This document shows positions 32,842 through 42,928 of a DNA stretch of 64,000 nt, piece by piece (position 1 is the stretch's first letter; every line of letters starts with the position of its first letter). Position numbers and translations under genes: made by a program. The DNA is from an uncultured delta proteobacterium (GTDB lineage Bacteria; Myxococcota_A; Polyangia; Polyangiales; Polyangiaceae): positions 64,001-128,000 of the forward strand of contig CAWDXG010000004.1 of assembly GCA_963806225.1 (NCBI GenBank). Reading direction: 5' to 3'. The notes below the pieces were generated by a model. It was not told the origin of the DNA, made no database searches, and saw only the letters and a program-made list of their open reading frames with translations.

Positions 32842-35210
32842 CGACAGCCGAACTCGCGGAAGTGCGGCTTCTTGTCATTGTAGCCGCCGGCGACCGCGAA
32901 CTTCGTGCCATCGGTAGCAAGCGTCACGTTCCCCAGGGCCGTCAACGACGCCGGATACACGGCGTCGTGCACCTCGATCGGCTCGTCGAGCTTGCCGTGG
33001 GCCACGACGAGCTCGATGACGTTGCCCTGCTGCAGCGCGAATAGCGCAGTGTCGCCAACACCAACGCCATCCGCGTCCGTCGGCGTGGCAAAGCCGGAGA
33101 CGGTCTTGCCGACCGTCCCGTCGTCCGCGATGAACGTCGCGTTCCTGACGCCTGCGTAGTACCACAAGGCGATGAACCCGCCGTTGACGGGCGCGAGGCC
33201 GTACACATCCCGCGCGCTCGTGCCACTGGCGAGCGCCACCGGGCCAGCCACGATGCTGCCCGGGCCAAGCGTGGCGAAATCCACCTCGGTGGCGGTCGCA
33301 TACAGCGCTGCCGAGACCGCCTTGCCGTGCGCGACGCGCAGCCGATTGCCGCCGATTACGCCCAGCGTGACGGGGTCGACGATATTTCCCGCGGTCGTGA
33401 TGTGCGCCACCATGCCTACCCTGCCGCCAGCAGAGCCCGCATAGCCGACCAGATAGTCGGTGCCCGTCCACACCACCTCGCCGTCGATCACGTCGTTCGA
33501 GTTGCCGTCGGACGCTAGCTTGACGACCTTCACCTTGTTCATCGAGCTGTCGAACAGCGCGGCGTAGGGCGCGTTCCAACCGGTCAGGACGAGTGTCGTG
33601 TCCGGGCCCGAGGCCACGTCCCTGAGGTACAGGTTGTTGTAGTTGACGTCGGTCTCGTCGAAGATCAGCTTGGGCCCGGAGAGCAGGGTGCCGGTATCGT
33701 CGTAGGTACTGGCGAAGGCGCCCGTGTACCCTCCCGCGAATCCGAAACGCCCGATCGCGATCCACTGGCCGCCCATGCGGGTAAGCAGCGAGTCCTCGAG
33801 CCCGTAGTCAGCGCCGCCGTCAATGGTCGGGATCTTCGTGAACGCGGTCATCTCGATGCCTGTGGGCAGCCGCGCGCTGTCGTCCACGAGCCCGTTGCAG
33901 TTGTCGTCCTTGCCGTCGCAGAGCTCCGGCGCGCCGAGATACACCTTCGGGTCCGAGTCGTCGCAGTCGGTCCCGCCGCAGCCCGGGTCGAGCTGTCCGT
34001 CCTTGTCGACGTCCTGGCCGGCCTGTGTCACCTGCGCGCAGGTCTGTGCAGTCTCGTCGCACACGTCCTTGATGCAGGACGTGTGGCTGTTGCAGGGGGT
34101 GTCGAGCGCAGGAGCGCAGCAACCCTGGACGCAGCGCTCCTGCCCGTTGCACCACACGCCGTCCTGACAGTCGAAGTTCGACGAGCAGGCCGTGCATGTG
34201 CCGCCGCCGTCGGTCGTGGTCCCGCCGTCGGTCGTGGTCCCGCCGTCGGTCGTCTTGCCACAGACCGGCCCGGTCACGCACTGGTTCTGGAAACAACACG
34301 TGCCGGCCAGCGCGCAATCGATGTTCGTGACGCATTCGTACACGCACTTGCCCAGCAGGCTGCACACGAGCGGCGGGTTGCAGTCGCTGGCGAGAGAGCA
34401 CGCCTGGCCGTAGCCAGGCGGCGCACCGTCCGGTGCCTTGGGCTTGCACGCACAGCCGTCGCAGACGTCGCCGGAGGAGCAGTCGACGTTGCTCTTGCAC
34501 TCGCAGCGGCAGTTGCCCGCGCTGCAGACCTGCCCCGCCGCGCAGTCGGAGTCGTAGACGCATCCAGTGCTCGCGTCGGCCCCCGCGTCCGCGCTGCCGG
34601 TGCTGCCCGCCGTGCACCTGGAACCCTTGCACACTTCTCCAGCGTGGCAGTCGCGGTCCTCCACGCACTCGGCGCGGCACAGCGAGAACAGGCAAACCAG
34701 TGGGTCGGGGCAATCGCTGTTGCGAACGCATGGCGTCCCGGTTCCGCCGTCGTCGCCCCCGTTGCCCGGCGCGACTGGCAACTGGCCCGTGGCGGGATCC
34801 ACCTCGGTCTTGTCGGCACAGGTGCCGCTGGTGCAGACCTGCCCGGGAATGCAGTCCCGCTCGGTGGCGCACTGATCCCGGCACTGGGCATCGACGCCAC
34901 AGATCATGTTGGGCGGACAGTCGCTGTTGTGGACGCAATCGCGTTCGACGGCGAGTTGGCAGACCCGGAAGGGCCGGTCGGACGCCACGCAGCGTTCGCC
35001 GTCGGGGCAGTCGCGCGAGTCCTGGCACTCGTTGTGGCAGCGGCGGAATGCGCACACCAGCGGCGTGGCGCAGTCGGTGTTGATGGCGCACCCTTCCGAT
35101 AGCTTGGCAGCCTTTATCGCGTCACCGCCGTTGCCACAGGCGGTAGAGAGCAGCGCTCCCACGCCGAAAAGCATCCCCGCCTGCACAAGCCGTCGCCACG
35201 GTCCCGACAT
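32838..35210 (-). CDS. Large Cys-rich lipoprotein with a MopE-like metal-binding motif
   Basis: Lipobox STAC, many C-x3-[SR]DC-x5-C repeats, DCDDSDPKVYLGAPELCDGKDDNCNGLVDD, and a beta-rich C-terminal domain. Confidence 0.85.
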   Translation of the reverse strand: MSGPWRRLVQAGMLFGVGALLSTACGNGGDAIKAAKLSEGCAINTDCATPLVCAFRRCHNECQDSRDCPDGERCVASDRPFRVCQLAVERDCVHNSDCPPNMICGVDAQCRDQCATERDCIPGQVCTSGTCADKTEVDPATGQLPVAPGNGGDDGGTGTPCVRNSDCPDPLVCLFSLCRAECVEDRDCHAGEVCKGSRCTAGSTGSADAGADASTGCVYDSDCAAGQVCSAGNCRCECKSNVDCSSGDVCDGCACKPKAPDGAPPGYGQACSLASDCNPPLVCSLLGKCVYECVTNIDCALAGTCCFQNQCVTGPVCGKTTDGGTTTDGGTTTDGGGTCTACSSNFDCQDGVWCNGQERCVQGCCAPALDTPCNSHTSCIKDVCDETAQTCAQVTQAGQDVDKDGQLDPGCGGTDCDDSDPKVYLGAPELCDGKDDNCNGLVDDSARLPTGIEMTAFTKIPTIDGGADYGLEDSLLTRMGGQWIAIGRFGFAGGYTGAFASTYDDTGTLLSGPKLIFDETDVNYNNLYLRDVASGPDTTLVLTGWNAPYAALFDSSMNKVKVVKLASDGNSNDVIDGEVVWTGTDYLVGYAGSAGGRVGMVAHITTAGNIVDPVTLGVIGGNRLRVAHGKAVSAALYATATEVDFATLGPGSIVAGPVALASGTSARDVYGLAPVNGGFIALWYYAGVRNATFIADDGTVGKTVSGFATPTDADGVGVGDTALFALQQGNVIELVVAHGKLDEPIEVHDAVYPASLTALGNVTLATDGTKFAVAGGYNDKKPHFREFGCR
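34204..34253. repeat. 18-nt coding tandem repeat (TTTDGG about x3)
   Basis: CCGCCGTCGGTCGTGGTC repeated about 2.8 times. Confidence 0.8.
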
Positions 35211-35378
35211 CGCGTCCTCCCTTACCGGCGCGGCGCCAGCCCATTGGACTCCACGCGGTCAGCTTCGCAGTGTAGGCAAAATCACCCACGTTGGATACCC
35301 CCCCAAGCAATCGGCTCGCGCACGGCGGGGCGGGCGGGCGGGCGGGCCGCCATCGTGTCCTCGGGGGCTCGGGTACAG

Positions 35379-35407
35379 TTGACGAGCCTTCCGCGTTGCT
35401 TCATCCT
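35379..35407 (+). promoter_or_regulatory. Putative sigma70-type promoter for the leader/MATE transcript
   Basis: TTGACG, 17-bp spacer, CATCCT, upstream of SD GAGGA and the leader ATG. Confidence 0.5.
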
Positions 35408-35428
35408 GACCGTTCGAGGACGAACTCC

Positions 35429-35527
35429 ATGTCCAGCATCGCGATCACCATGTGCGCCACGTACCCGCTCCCGCAGGGGCGCGGTTTCGTGGACGTCGTG
35501 CGCGCGGCAGGAGGTGGATTCGTCTAG
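35429..35527 (+). CDS. Putative 32-aa leader peptide (MSSIAITMCATYPLPQGRGFVDVVRAAGGGFV)
   Basis: SD GAGGA upstream. The stop lies 27 nt before a terminator, and the ORF 3' end is complementary to the terminator 5' arm. Confidence 0.55.
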   Translation: MSSIAITMCATYPLPQGRGFVDVVRAAGGGFV

Positions 35528-35554
35528 CTGATTCAACAGAGCGATCCCTCGTTG

Positions 35555-35590
35555 CCGCGGCACCCACCCTGGGTCCCGCGGTTTTTTTTT
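35555..35590 (+). terminator. Attenuator terminator in the MATE 5' leader
   Basis: CCGCGG-C-ACCCA-CCC-TGGGT-C-CCGCGG followed by 9 T, about 60 nt upstream of the MATE ATG. Confidence 0.8.
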
Positions 35591-35649
35591 GCCTTGGCGG
35601 TCCGGAGCGAGGCGGCCGCCGCGATTCGAACCGCAGAAAGGAGCGCAAA

Positions 35650-37029
35650 ATGGCGCACAGAGAGACCCTCTACTGGAAACGGAAACCCTTCCCCGAGTTG
35701 GTGCGGCTGGCGTGGCCGATCGCGGTCTCGATGCTCTCGTACAGCATCATGACCTTGACCGACACGCTGTTCGTCGGCCGGCTCGGGGCGTCTCGGCTTG
35801 CAGGCGTGGGACTCGGTGGCGTCGCCGGGTTCGCGATCCTGTGTTTTGGATCCGGACTTGTGCGCGGCGTGAAAGTGCTCGTTTCCCAGGCCGTCGGCGC
35901 GGGGCGCCGGCACGAGCTGCCCGCGCTCGTGGGCGCGGGTGTGATCAGCTCACTCGGGCTGGGCGCCGTCGTGGTGGTTGTCGGGCGGGCCATGGCGCAC
36001 CTGCTCCCGGGGTTGAGTGTCGACCCCGAAGCCGGCTCGCTCGCCGCCGTCTATCTGGGCATCCGCATACTCGGTGCACCGCTGTTCCTGCTGGGCGCGG
36101 CGCTGCGCGAGTCGCGCTACGGAATGGGTGACACCCGCGTTCCCATGATCGCGGCGGTCGTCGCCAACATCGCCAACGTGCCGCTCGACGCGTTGCTCAT
36201 CTTCGGGTTGCATCTGGGTGTTCCCGGCGCGGCCTGGGCAACGGTGATCGCGTCGGCCGTGCAGACCGCGATCCTGCTTGGCGGACAGCTGCTCGGCGAC
36301 GGGCTGCATCTGTCGCTCGTCCGCCGCGAGCACCTGCTCGACCTGTGGCACATCGGCGCACCACTCGGCGTGCAGATGCTGCTCGAGGTAGGCTCGTTCG
36401 CGACGCTGGTGGTGATCCTGGCGCGCATCGGCGAGGTCGACCTCGCGGCGCATCAGATCGCGCTGCAGCTAACGCACTTGTCGTTCCTGCCAGCGCTCGC
36501 GCTCGGCGAAGCGGCGTCGGTGCTTACCGGACAAGCCGTCGGAGCCGGCGAGGACCAGCTCGTCCGGCGCGTGGCGCACCGCGCGCTCGCGGCCTCCGCC
36601 GTCTACACCGGCGCGTGCGCCGTCGGGTTCGTCGTGGCGGCGCGCGGCATCACCGCCTTGTTCACACCGGACCCGGCGGTCCAGTCACTGGCAGTGAAGC
36701 TCCTATACGTCGCGGCCGCCTTCCAGCTGTTCGACGGCGCCAACGTCGTCGCGCGCTCGGTGCTGCGCGGCACCGGCGACGTGCGCTATCCGGCCATCAT
36801 CGCGGTCAGCACGGCATGGCTCTGCACACCCCCGCTCACGGCCCTGCTCGCCATCGGGCTCGGGCTCGGAGCACTGGGCGGCTGGCTGGGGTTGTGTGCG
36901 GAGATCTGCGTGGGGGCGCTGCTGCTCTGGTGGCGCCTCGAGCGGTGCCAATGGCAGCCGTGGGCCGAACGCTCGCGCCGTCGGCTGGCGCAGCAGCGGC
37001 GTCGCCGGCCCATGCCGGTCCCGGCGTGA
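35650..37029 (+). CDS. MATE family efflux transporter
   Basis: LAWPI, DTLFVGRLG, GMGDTRVPM, LAAHQIA and LRGTGD, with about 12 TM segments. Confidence 0.93.
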   Translation: MAHRETLYWKRKPFPELVRLAWPIAVSMLSYSIMTLTDTLFVGRLGASRLAGVGLGGVAGFAILCFGSGLVRGVKVLVSQAVGAGRRHELPALVGAGVISSLGLGAVVVVVGRAMAHLLPGLSVDPEAGSLAAVYLGIRILGAPLFLLGAALRESRYGMGDTRVPMIAAVVANIANVPLDALLIFGLHLGVPGAAWATVIASAVQTAILLGGQLLGDGLHLSLVRREHLLDLWHIGAPLGVQMLLEVGSFATLVVILARIGEVDLAAHQIALQLTHLSFLPALALGEAASVLTGQAVGAGEDQLVRRVAHRALAASAVYTGACAVGFVVAARGITALFTPDPAVQSLAVKLLYVAAAFQLFDGANVVARSVLRGTGDVRYPAIIAVSTAWLCTPPLTALLAIGLGLGALGGWLGLCAEICVGALLLWWRLERCQWQPWAERSRRRLAQQRRRRPMPVPA

Positions 37030-37078
37030 TCCGGTCGAGGGGCGCCACCCGGGAGAAGGCTCGTTGGCCGGCAGACCG

Positions 37079-38254
37079 CTAGGCGGCGGGCAAAGAGACC
37101 TTGAACCTGACGCCGAGCCCAGCGTTCTCGGCGTGGAGCGTTCCGTCATGCTGTTCGACAATGCGTTCGGAGATGCTCAGACCGAGACCCGAACCCTGGT
37201 CGTCGCTACCGTGGAACGGATCGAACAGGTGTTCGAGCTCGTCCTCCGGGATCGGCGGGCCGTCGTTCTCGATGCACAGCGCGTGCATGCGGCGCTCTCC
37301 GTGCTCGACATCCGGGACGACCGAGACCCTGATCCGCCCGCTGCGATCGCCGATTGCCCTGACCCCGTTGAGTGCGATATTGAGCGCCACCTGCGCGAGC
37401 TGATCGCGGTCGCCCTCTACCATCACGGGCTCCTCCGGCAGTTCTTGTTCGATACTGACGTCCTTCTTCCGTGCGTCGGTGCCGATCAGCTCGGTCAGTC
37501 GCCGCGCGACGTCGCAGAGGTCGATCGGACCCGCTGCGATAGGGTGCGGCCGCGCGAATGAGAGAAAGCGCTCCGCGACGCGCTCGAGCCGCGCCAGCTC
37601 CGAAACGTGGATCTCCCAGAGCCGCCGTTCCTCGGCGTCGGCCGGGATCAGCGGATCGACGATTTCCGCCGTGCCCCGGAGCGAGTGCAGCGGATTCTTG
37701 ATCTCGTGCGCGATGCCGGCCACCACCTCGCCCAGCGCTCCGAGGCGTCCGGCACGCACCAGCTGGCGCTGCAGCCGCCGCTGTTCCTCGAGCGCGGTCT
37801 CGAGCTCCGCACGGCGTTTCCACTCCGAATCGGCAAGGTAGCCGGCCACCACGGCGACCAGGTTGTACAGAACCACCTCGAGCGACTTCTCCAGCGAATC
37901 GGCGGGGTCCATGTGCGCCATCGGGCCGAGATGCAGGAACGCGTGCGGAAGGTAGCTGAGCGAAACGAGTCCGGCTGCGATCAGGCCACCCCGGAGGCCC
38001 GCCAGGAAGGCCGCGAAGATGATCGGCAGGTAGTACAATCGGCGCAGCACGTCGTGCACCCACATGTGCTGGGCTTCGGTGCCGTAGTGCAGCACGCTGA
38101 TGACGACGATCGGCAGCCACACCAGGAGCAGCATCCGGGTCGACAGGAGCGGCGGGCGCTGCTCGTCGCGGCGCCACAGCGAGCGGCGCGGCGCCGGGTC
38201 CCGGGCTTCTCCCGCCGCGCCGGCTTGCCGCGGGCTATTCCCGGCTGATTCCAT
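37079..38254 (-). CDS. Membrane sensor histidine kinase; start uncertain
   Basis: Four TM segments with His/Met-rich loops, H-box IAHEIKNPL, N-box LNIALNG, and GSGLGLSI. Confidence 0.92.
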   Translation of the reverse strand: MESAGNSPRQAGAAGEARDPAPRRSLWRRDEQRPPLLSTRMLLLVWLPIVVISVLHYGTEAQHMWVHDVLRRLYYLPIIFAAFLAGLRGGLIAAGLVSLSYLPHAFLHLGPMAHMDPADSLEKSLEVVLYNLVAVVAGYLADSEWKRRAELETALEEQRRLQRQLVRAGRLGALGEVVAGIAHEIKNPLHSLRGTAEIVDPLIPADAEERRLWEIHVSELARLERVAERFLSFARPHPIAAGPIDLCDVARRLTELIGTDARKKDVSIEQELPEEPVMVEGDRDQLAQVALNIALNGVRAIGDRSGRIRVSVVPDVEHGERRMHALCIENDGPPIPEDELEHLFDPFHGSDDQGSGLGLSISERIVEQHDGTLHAENAGLGVRFKVSLPAA

Positions 38255-39606
38255 ATTTGGCCATCCGGTACGCCAGGATGTGTCGCGGCACACCGAGGTA
38301 CGTAGCGGCCTGCGTCACGTTGCCGTTCTTCAGCGCGAGCACACGTTTGATGACGCGCTTTTCGAGATCGACCAGGTCGAGGCCGTCCTTGGGCAGTGGC
38401 GGCCAGGAATCCAGGGTGGCGCCCGTGCCCGCCTGCGTTCCGCCGCTCCCCGGTTCGCGGGGAGGTAGGTCCTCCTGCGAGAGCGTGTCGCCGCGGCACA
38501 GGATCACCAGCCGCTCGCAGGCGTTCTCGAGCTGGCGCACGTTGCCGGGCCAGGGGCGGGCGCGCATCTCCGCGATCAGCTCGTCGGGGACGACCAGATC
38601 GCGACTACCCGCAAGTCGTTCGACGAAGTGACGCACCAGCGGCTCGATCTCTTCCGTGCGTTCGGAGAGCGGTGGCACGCGGATCTCGACGACGTTCAGG
38701 CGGTAGAGCAGATCCTCGCGGAAGACGCCCTCGCGTGCGCGCGCCGGCAGATCCTGGTTCGTCGCAGCAACCACGCGCACGTCGACCGGGACCGGAGTGT
38801 CTCCGCCGACGACGTCGACCACGTGCTCCTGAAGCACGCGCAGGAGCTTGCCCTGCAACGGCGAAGGCAGCTCGCCGATTTCGTCGAGAAACAGCGTGCC
38901 GGTGTCGGCCTGGCGGAAACGGCCGGGACGCGCGCGCGTCGCGCCGGTGAAGGCGCCCCGTTCGTGTCCGAACAGCTCGCTCTCCAGCAACTCGGCGGGC
39001 ACGGCTGCGCAGTTGATGGCGACAAAGGGCCGTTCGGCACGATTGCTGCGCGCATGGACGCGCCGCGCAACCAGCTCCTTGCCCGTCCCCGTCTCGCCGG
39101 TGATGAGCACGCTGGCGTCGCTCTGGGCAACGCGGTCGGCGATGTCGAGCACGCGTTCCATCGCCTTGGATTCGACGACCAGCTCCCGCTCGATTCCGCG
39201 CGTCTTGCGCCGGAGGTCCTGCACCTCCTCGCCCAGCGCGTGGTGCTCGAGGGCGCGCTGGACGCTGAGCAGCAGATGCTCGCGGTTGAACGGCTTGCCG
39301 ATGAAGTCGTAGGCGCCCTGTTTCATCGCGTCCACGGCCACGTCGACGCTGCCGTAGGCCGTGATCACCAGCACCGGCAGGTCGGGAGCCTGCTTCTTGA
39401 TGCGCGGCGAGGACCTGCATGCCGCTCATGCCGGGCATCTTCAAGTCCGTGATGACCAGCGCGTAGCGGTCCGCGGAAAACAGCTCGAGCGCCTGTTCGC
39501 CGGTCTCCGCCGCGTCGGCCTCGTAGCCGGCCTTGCGCAGGTTGTACAGGCCGAGCTCGCGCCCGGAGGCGTCGTCCTCGACGAAAAGGATGCGGGCTTT
39601 GCCCAT
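38235..39606 (-). CDS. Sigma54-dependent response regulator (NtrC family), frameshift near 39405
   Basis: Receiver (VEDD, TDLKMP), [30 protein letters not shown] and a C-terminal HTH. Confidence 0.95.
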
Positions 39607-39721
39607 GGGGCCGGTACCTGCAGGGAGTGGACCAGGCGCCGCGACCTCCGAGAAGCCGGCCAGCGCCCACGTACCCTACTTTCGCATGGCACGCGAGTTG
39701 AGGATATTCCCGGACGCGGTT

Positions 39722-39731
39722 GACAATTGTC
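39722..39731. promoter_or_regulatory. Palindrome, candidate enhancer-binding site
   Basis: Perfect palindrome GACAATTGTC about 70 bp upstream of the sigma54 -24 box. Confidence 0.35.
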
Positions 39732-39796
39732 GGACCCGGCGGGGCCCGCACGGGCAATTCCGGGACGTGGGGGACACGGGGGGCTGCCGGCGTGCG

Positions 39797-39813
39797 CCGG
39801 CACAGCGCTTGCT
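39797..39813 (+). promoter_or_regulatory. Sigma54 (-24/-12) promoter upstream of the tolC-like gene
   Basis: CCGGCACAGCGCTTGCT is GG-N10-GC with GGCAC and TTGC cores, divergent from a sigma54 activator gene. Confidence 0.7.
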
Positions 39814-39826
39814 GCCGGGGAGAACC

Positions 39827-41188
39827 GTGAACCGGCTTCTGGTGCTTGGCGTCCTATGTATGCTCGCTGGCGGCTGCGCGTCGCGGCTCGAGCAGACGAA
39901 CCGCTCCGAGCTCGGCGCAGCCGAGGCGCGCATGGCGCCGCCCCGGGGCGAGCAGCGCGGCAAGCCGGCGCACTTCGACGGGAGCCTGGACGGCTACGTC
40001 CACTACGCCCTGGAGAACAGTCCGTCGCTCCGGGCCAGCTATGCCGACTGGCGCGCCGCGACCGAGCGCGTGCCGCAGGCGCGGCGTCTGCCGGATCCGG
40101 TGTTCTCCTACACGTACTTCGTTCGCAGTGTCGAGACGCGTGTGGGTCCGCAGTTGCACAAGTTCGGTATCTCGCAGGCCTTCCCCTGGCCGACCAAGCT
40201 GACCGACGGTGCGGACGCGGCCGAGCTCGCCGCCCGGAGCGCCCGGAAGCGCTCCGAAGCCGTCGCTCTCGGGGTGCGGAGGCGCGTCGCAGTGGCCTTC
40301 TGGCGGCTTTGGCGCATCCAGCGCACGCGCGAGGTGGAAAAGGACCAGAAAACGCTTCTGGTCCAGTTCGCGCAGCTCGTGAAGAGCCGTGTGGAAGTCG
40401 ACCAGGCAACGCTGGCGGATCTTTCGCAGATCAGCCTGGACGAATCCCGCATCGTCGACAAGCTGGCCGGGCTCGACGAGGACGAGCGCTCGGCGAGCGC
40501 CGCGCTGGTCGCAGCCGTGGGTGCGCCCGACGGGACGAAGACGCCGATCGCGAAGCAGCCACCGCCGCTGGTGCTACCGGCGGACGACCAGAAGTCCCTG
40601 CTCACCGCGGCCATGTCGCATCCGCGGGTGCGCGCGCTGGCATTGATGGCCCAGAGCAGGAGCGAGCAGGCCGACAGCGCCGGGGCCGACCGCTATCCGG
40701 GCTTTGTGGTCGGCGCGGACTACATCGTGACCGGGCCCGCCCGGATGCCCAACGTTCCCGACAGCGGCAAGGACCCGATCGCCGTCATGCTGTCGGTGAA
40801 GCTGCCGATCTGGAGCGGCGCATACGGCGCAGAGGAGGCCCAGTCGGAAGCGGAAAGCGCGGCGTTCCGCGCGCGCGAGTCGGCGGCACGCGACGACGCC
40901 GCGGCGGCGCTGGAGAAGGCGGAGTCGGACGTGCGGGACGCCGCGCGGCGCGCGAAGCTCTACCGCGAGACACTGGTGCCCCAGGCCCGGGTTGTCTATC
41001 GCTCGACGCTCAGCAGCTACCAGACGAACCGCTCGGGGCTAGCCAACGTGCTGATCGCCGAGCGCGACCTGCTCGATCTGCGCATCAAGCTGATCGGGGC
41101 GCGCGCCGATCACGCCGTGGCCTGGGCGACTCTGGCCGAGATCGTGGGGCGTCCGCTGCATCCGCGCCCTGCGGGCGGCGGGCACTGA
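39827..41188 (+). CDS. TolC/CusC-type outer membrane efflux lipoprotein
   Basis: Lipobox AGGC, ALENSPSL, LPDP, ISQAFPWPTKL and LSVKLPIW; two OEP-like halves. Confidence 0.88.
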   Translation: MNRLLVLGVLCMLAGGCASRLEQTNRSELGAAEARMAPPRGEQRGKPAHFDGSLDGYVHYALENSPSLRASYADWRAATERVPQARRLPDPVFSYTYFVRSVETRVGPQLHKFGISQAFPWPTKLTDGADAAELAARSARKRSEAVALGVRRRVAVAFWRLWRIQRTREVEKDQKTLLVQFAQLVKSRVEVDQATLADLSQISLDESRIVDKLAGLDEDERSASAALVAAVGAPDGTKTPIAKQPPPLVLPADDQKSLLTAAMSHPRVRALALMAQSRSEQADSAGADRYPGFVVGADYIVTGPARMPNVPDSGKDPIAVMLSVKLPIWSGAYGAEEAQSEAESAAFRARESAARDDAAAALEKAESDVRDAARRAKLYRETLVPQARVVYRSTLSSYQTNRSGLANVLIAERDLLDLRIKLIGARADHAVAWATLAEIVGRPLHPRPAGGGH

Positions 41189-41191
41189 CTC

Positions 41192-42851
41192 TCAGAGCGC
41201 GAGCGTCGCGGGCGAGAGCTTCTTGACGAAAATGGCGTGCACGTCGACGGACAGGGCGCTCTCGCGGACGAATAGCTCGCCGCCCGGCAGGTCCGCGAAA
41301 GGCGTGTAGTAGCCGACGACGCTGCCGGTCTCGTGTCCGCCTGCGTCCACGGTGGTCACCTCGGTCAGCTCGCCCATCGCCGGCGTGTCGAGATCGACCG
41401 GGACGCCCCACTCGAGCGATCCGTCGGGCTCGACGATCGCCACGCGGAAGCGACCGGGCGCACGGGCCGCGTCGGGCGGCGGGATGATGTAGCCGTGGGA
41501 GTTGACGTAGGAGATCCGGTCGAAGATAGCGCTGTAGTTGTAGTCGCTGATCCAGGCGGGCTGGCAATAGCCCATCATGTCCTTGTACTGGTTCAGGTTC
41601 TTCAGCTGGTGGCCGAGGATGTCCCAGCCCCAGCTGCCGATGATGCCCCCGTTGTACGGGTAGCCCGGGTCCACGCCCTGCAGCTGTCCACCCGCCGGTA
41701 CGCACGGCGCGTGGTTGCGGCCGAGGGCGTGGCCGAGCTCGTGCGCCATCGTGGTCTGCGAATCGCCGCTCGCGCCGCCCGCGCTGCCCTGCGGGAAGAA
41801 GCCGAGCCCGATCGAGCCGCGCTGGTAGACGTCGTTCGGGCTGGGCACGGATCCGAGCCCGGCGACGCATCCGTATCCGCAGTACTGCTGCATCGACTGC
41901 GTCGGAGTGAGCACGCCGTAGTAGTAGACCGTGCCCGGGACGTTCTGATCCTGTTGGCGCAGCGACTGCAGTGCCTGCAGCGCGTTGCTCCAGCCGCTCC
42001 CGTTCGCGGACACGGTGCCGCCATAGTTGAAGGCCTGGCGCACGTTGATCTCGACGTTCGTGATTGGATAGAGCTGCATCAGCCGGTCGTGGTAGGCCTT
42101 GACGCGCGCGGTGCTCGTGTCCGGGTGGACGCCGTTCATGACCATCGGCACCAGCAGCACCTTGAACGTGCCGTTGGCGCTCTTCGCTCCGAGGTTCTGC
42201 GTGCCCGAAGCGGGAAAACGCGCGCCCTGTGTGCTGCCCTGCCCGTCTGCCGCTGGCCTCCAGCAAGGGACACCGCGTACTTCGTGTCGCCCTTGATCTC
42301 CTCGGCGGGCACCTCGAAGTTGAACGTGCTGCCGAGATTGCCGTCGGTCGACGCAGCGCCGATGGTCTTCTTGATCTGCTGCGCCTTTTCGCCCGATAGC
42401 TCGAGCTGGGCGACGATGTCGCGCGACTTGAAGCCCGAGGCCGGCGTCACGAACACCCGGACCATCGCGGGGCGGTTCTGCACGACGGGCGCGTTGCGGT
42501 TCCCACCGCGCTGCCCTGCTTCATGATCGGGATCTCGACGCCCTGGTAGACCGAGATCTGCTGATGCTGAGAGCCCCGCCGCGAGCGGGCCCGTCTGGGC
42601 GCCCCCGCCGCTGCCTCCCGAGCCGCCGGAACCGGAAATCCCACAGGCTGGCTTGCACTGCGCCTCGTCGCCGGTGGTGCAGCACACAGAGCGCCTAGCA
42701 GCCGCTGCACTGCTTGCAGTCGGGATGCCTTGGTGCAGCCGGCCTGGCCGTAGTTGCCCCCGACGCCGCCGCCGCCAGCTCCGCCCGATCCCGAGGAGGC
42801 ACACGCACAGAACAACACCCCCATTGCGGAAAGCAGCAACCAACGAAGCAT
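41192..42851 (-). CDS. Secreted zinc metallopeptidase lipoprotein (M66-like), multiple frameshifts
   Basis: Lipobox-like FCAC, Cys/Gly-rich linker, HELGHALGRNHAPC (HExxHxxGxxH) and Met-turn-like DMMGYC. Confidence 0.8.
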
Positions 42852-42928
42852 TACGCTTCCATCTTTGATCATGCCGCGCGCAGAGTCACACCCTCCGTCG
42901 CGCGTGCCATGTGGGTAGATGTGCGCTC

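Noticed and set aside
39687..39702. Second sigma54-like box TGGCACGCGAGTTGAG
   Set aside because: The -12 dinucleotide is GA rather than GC, and a better site lies at 39797.
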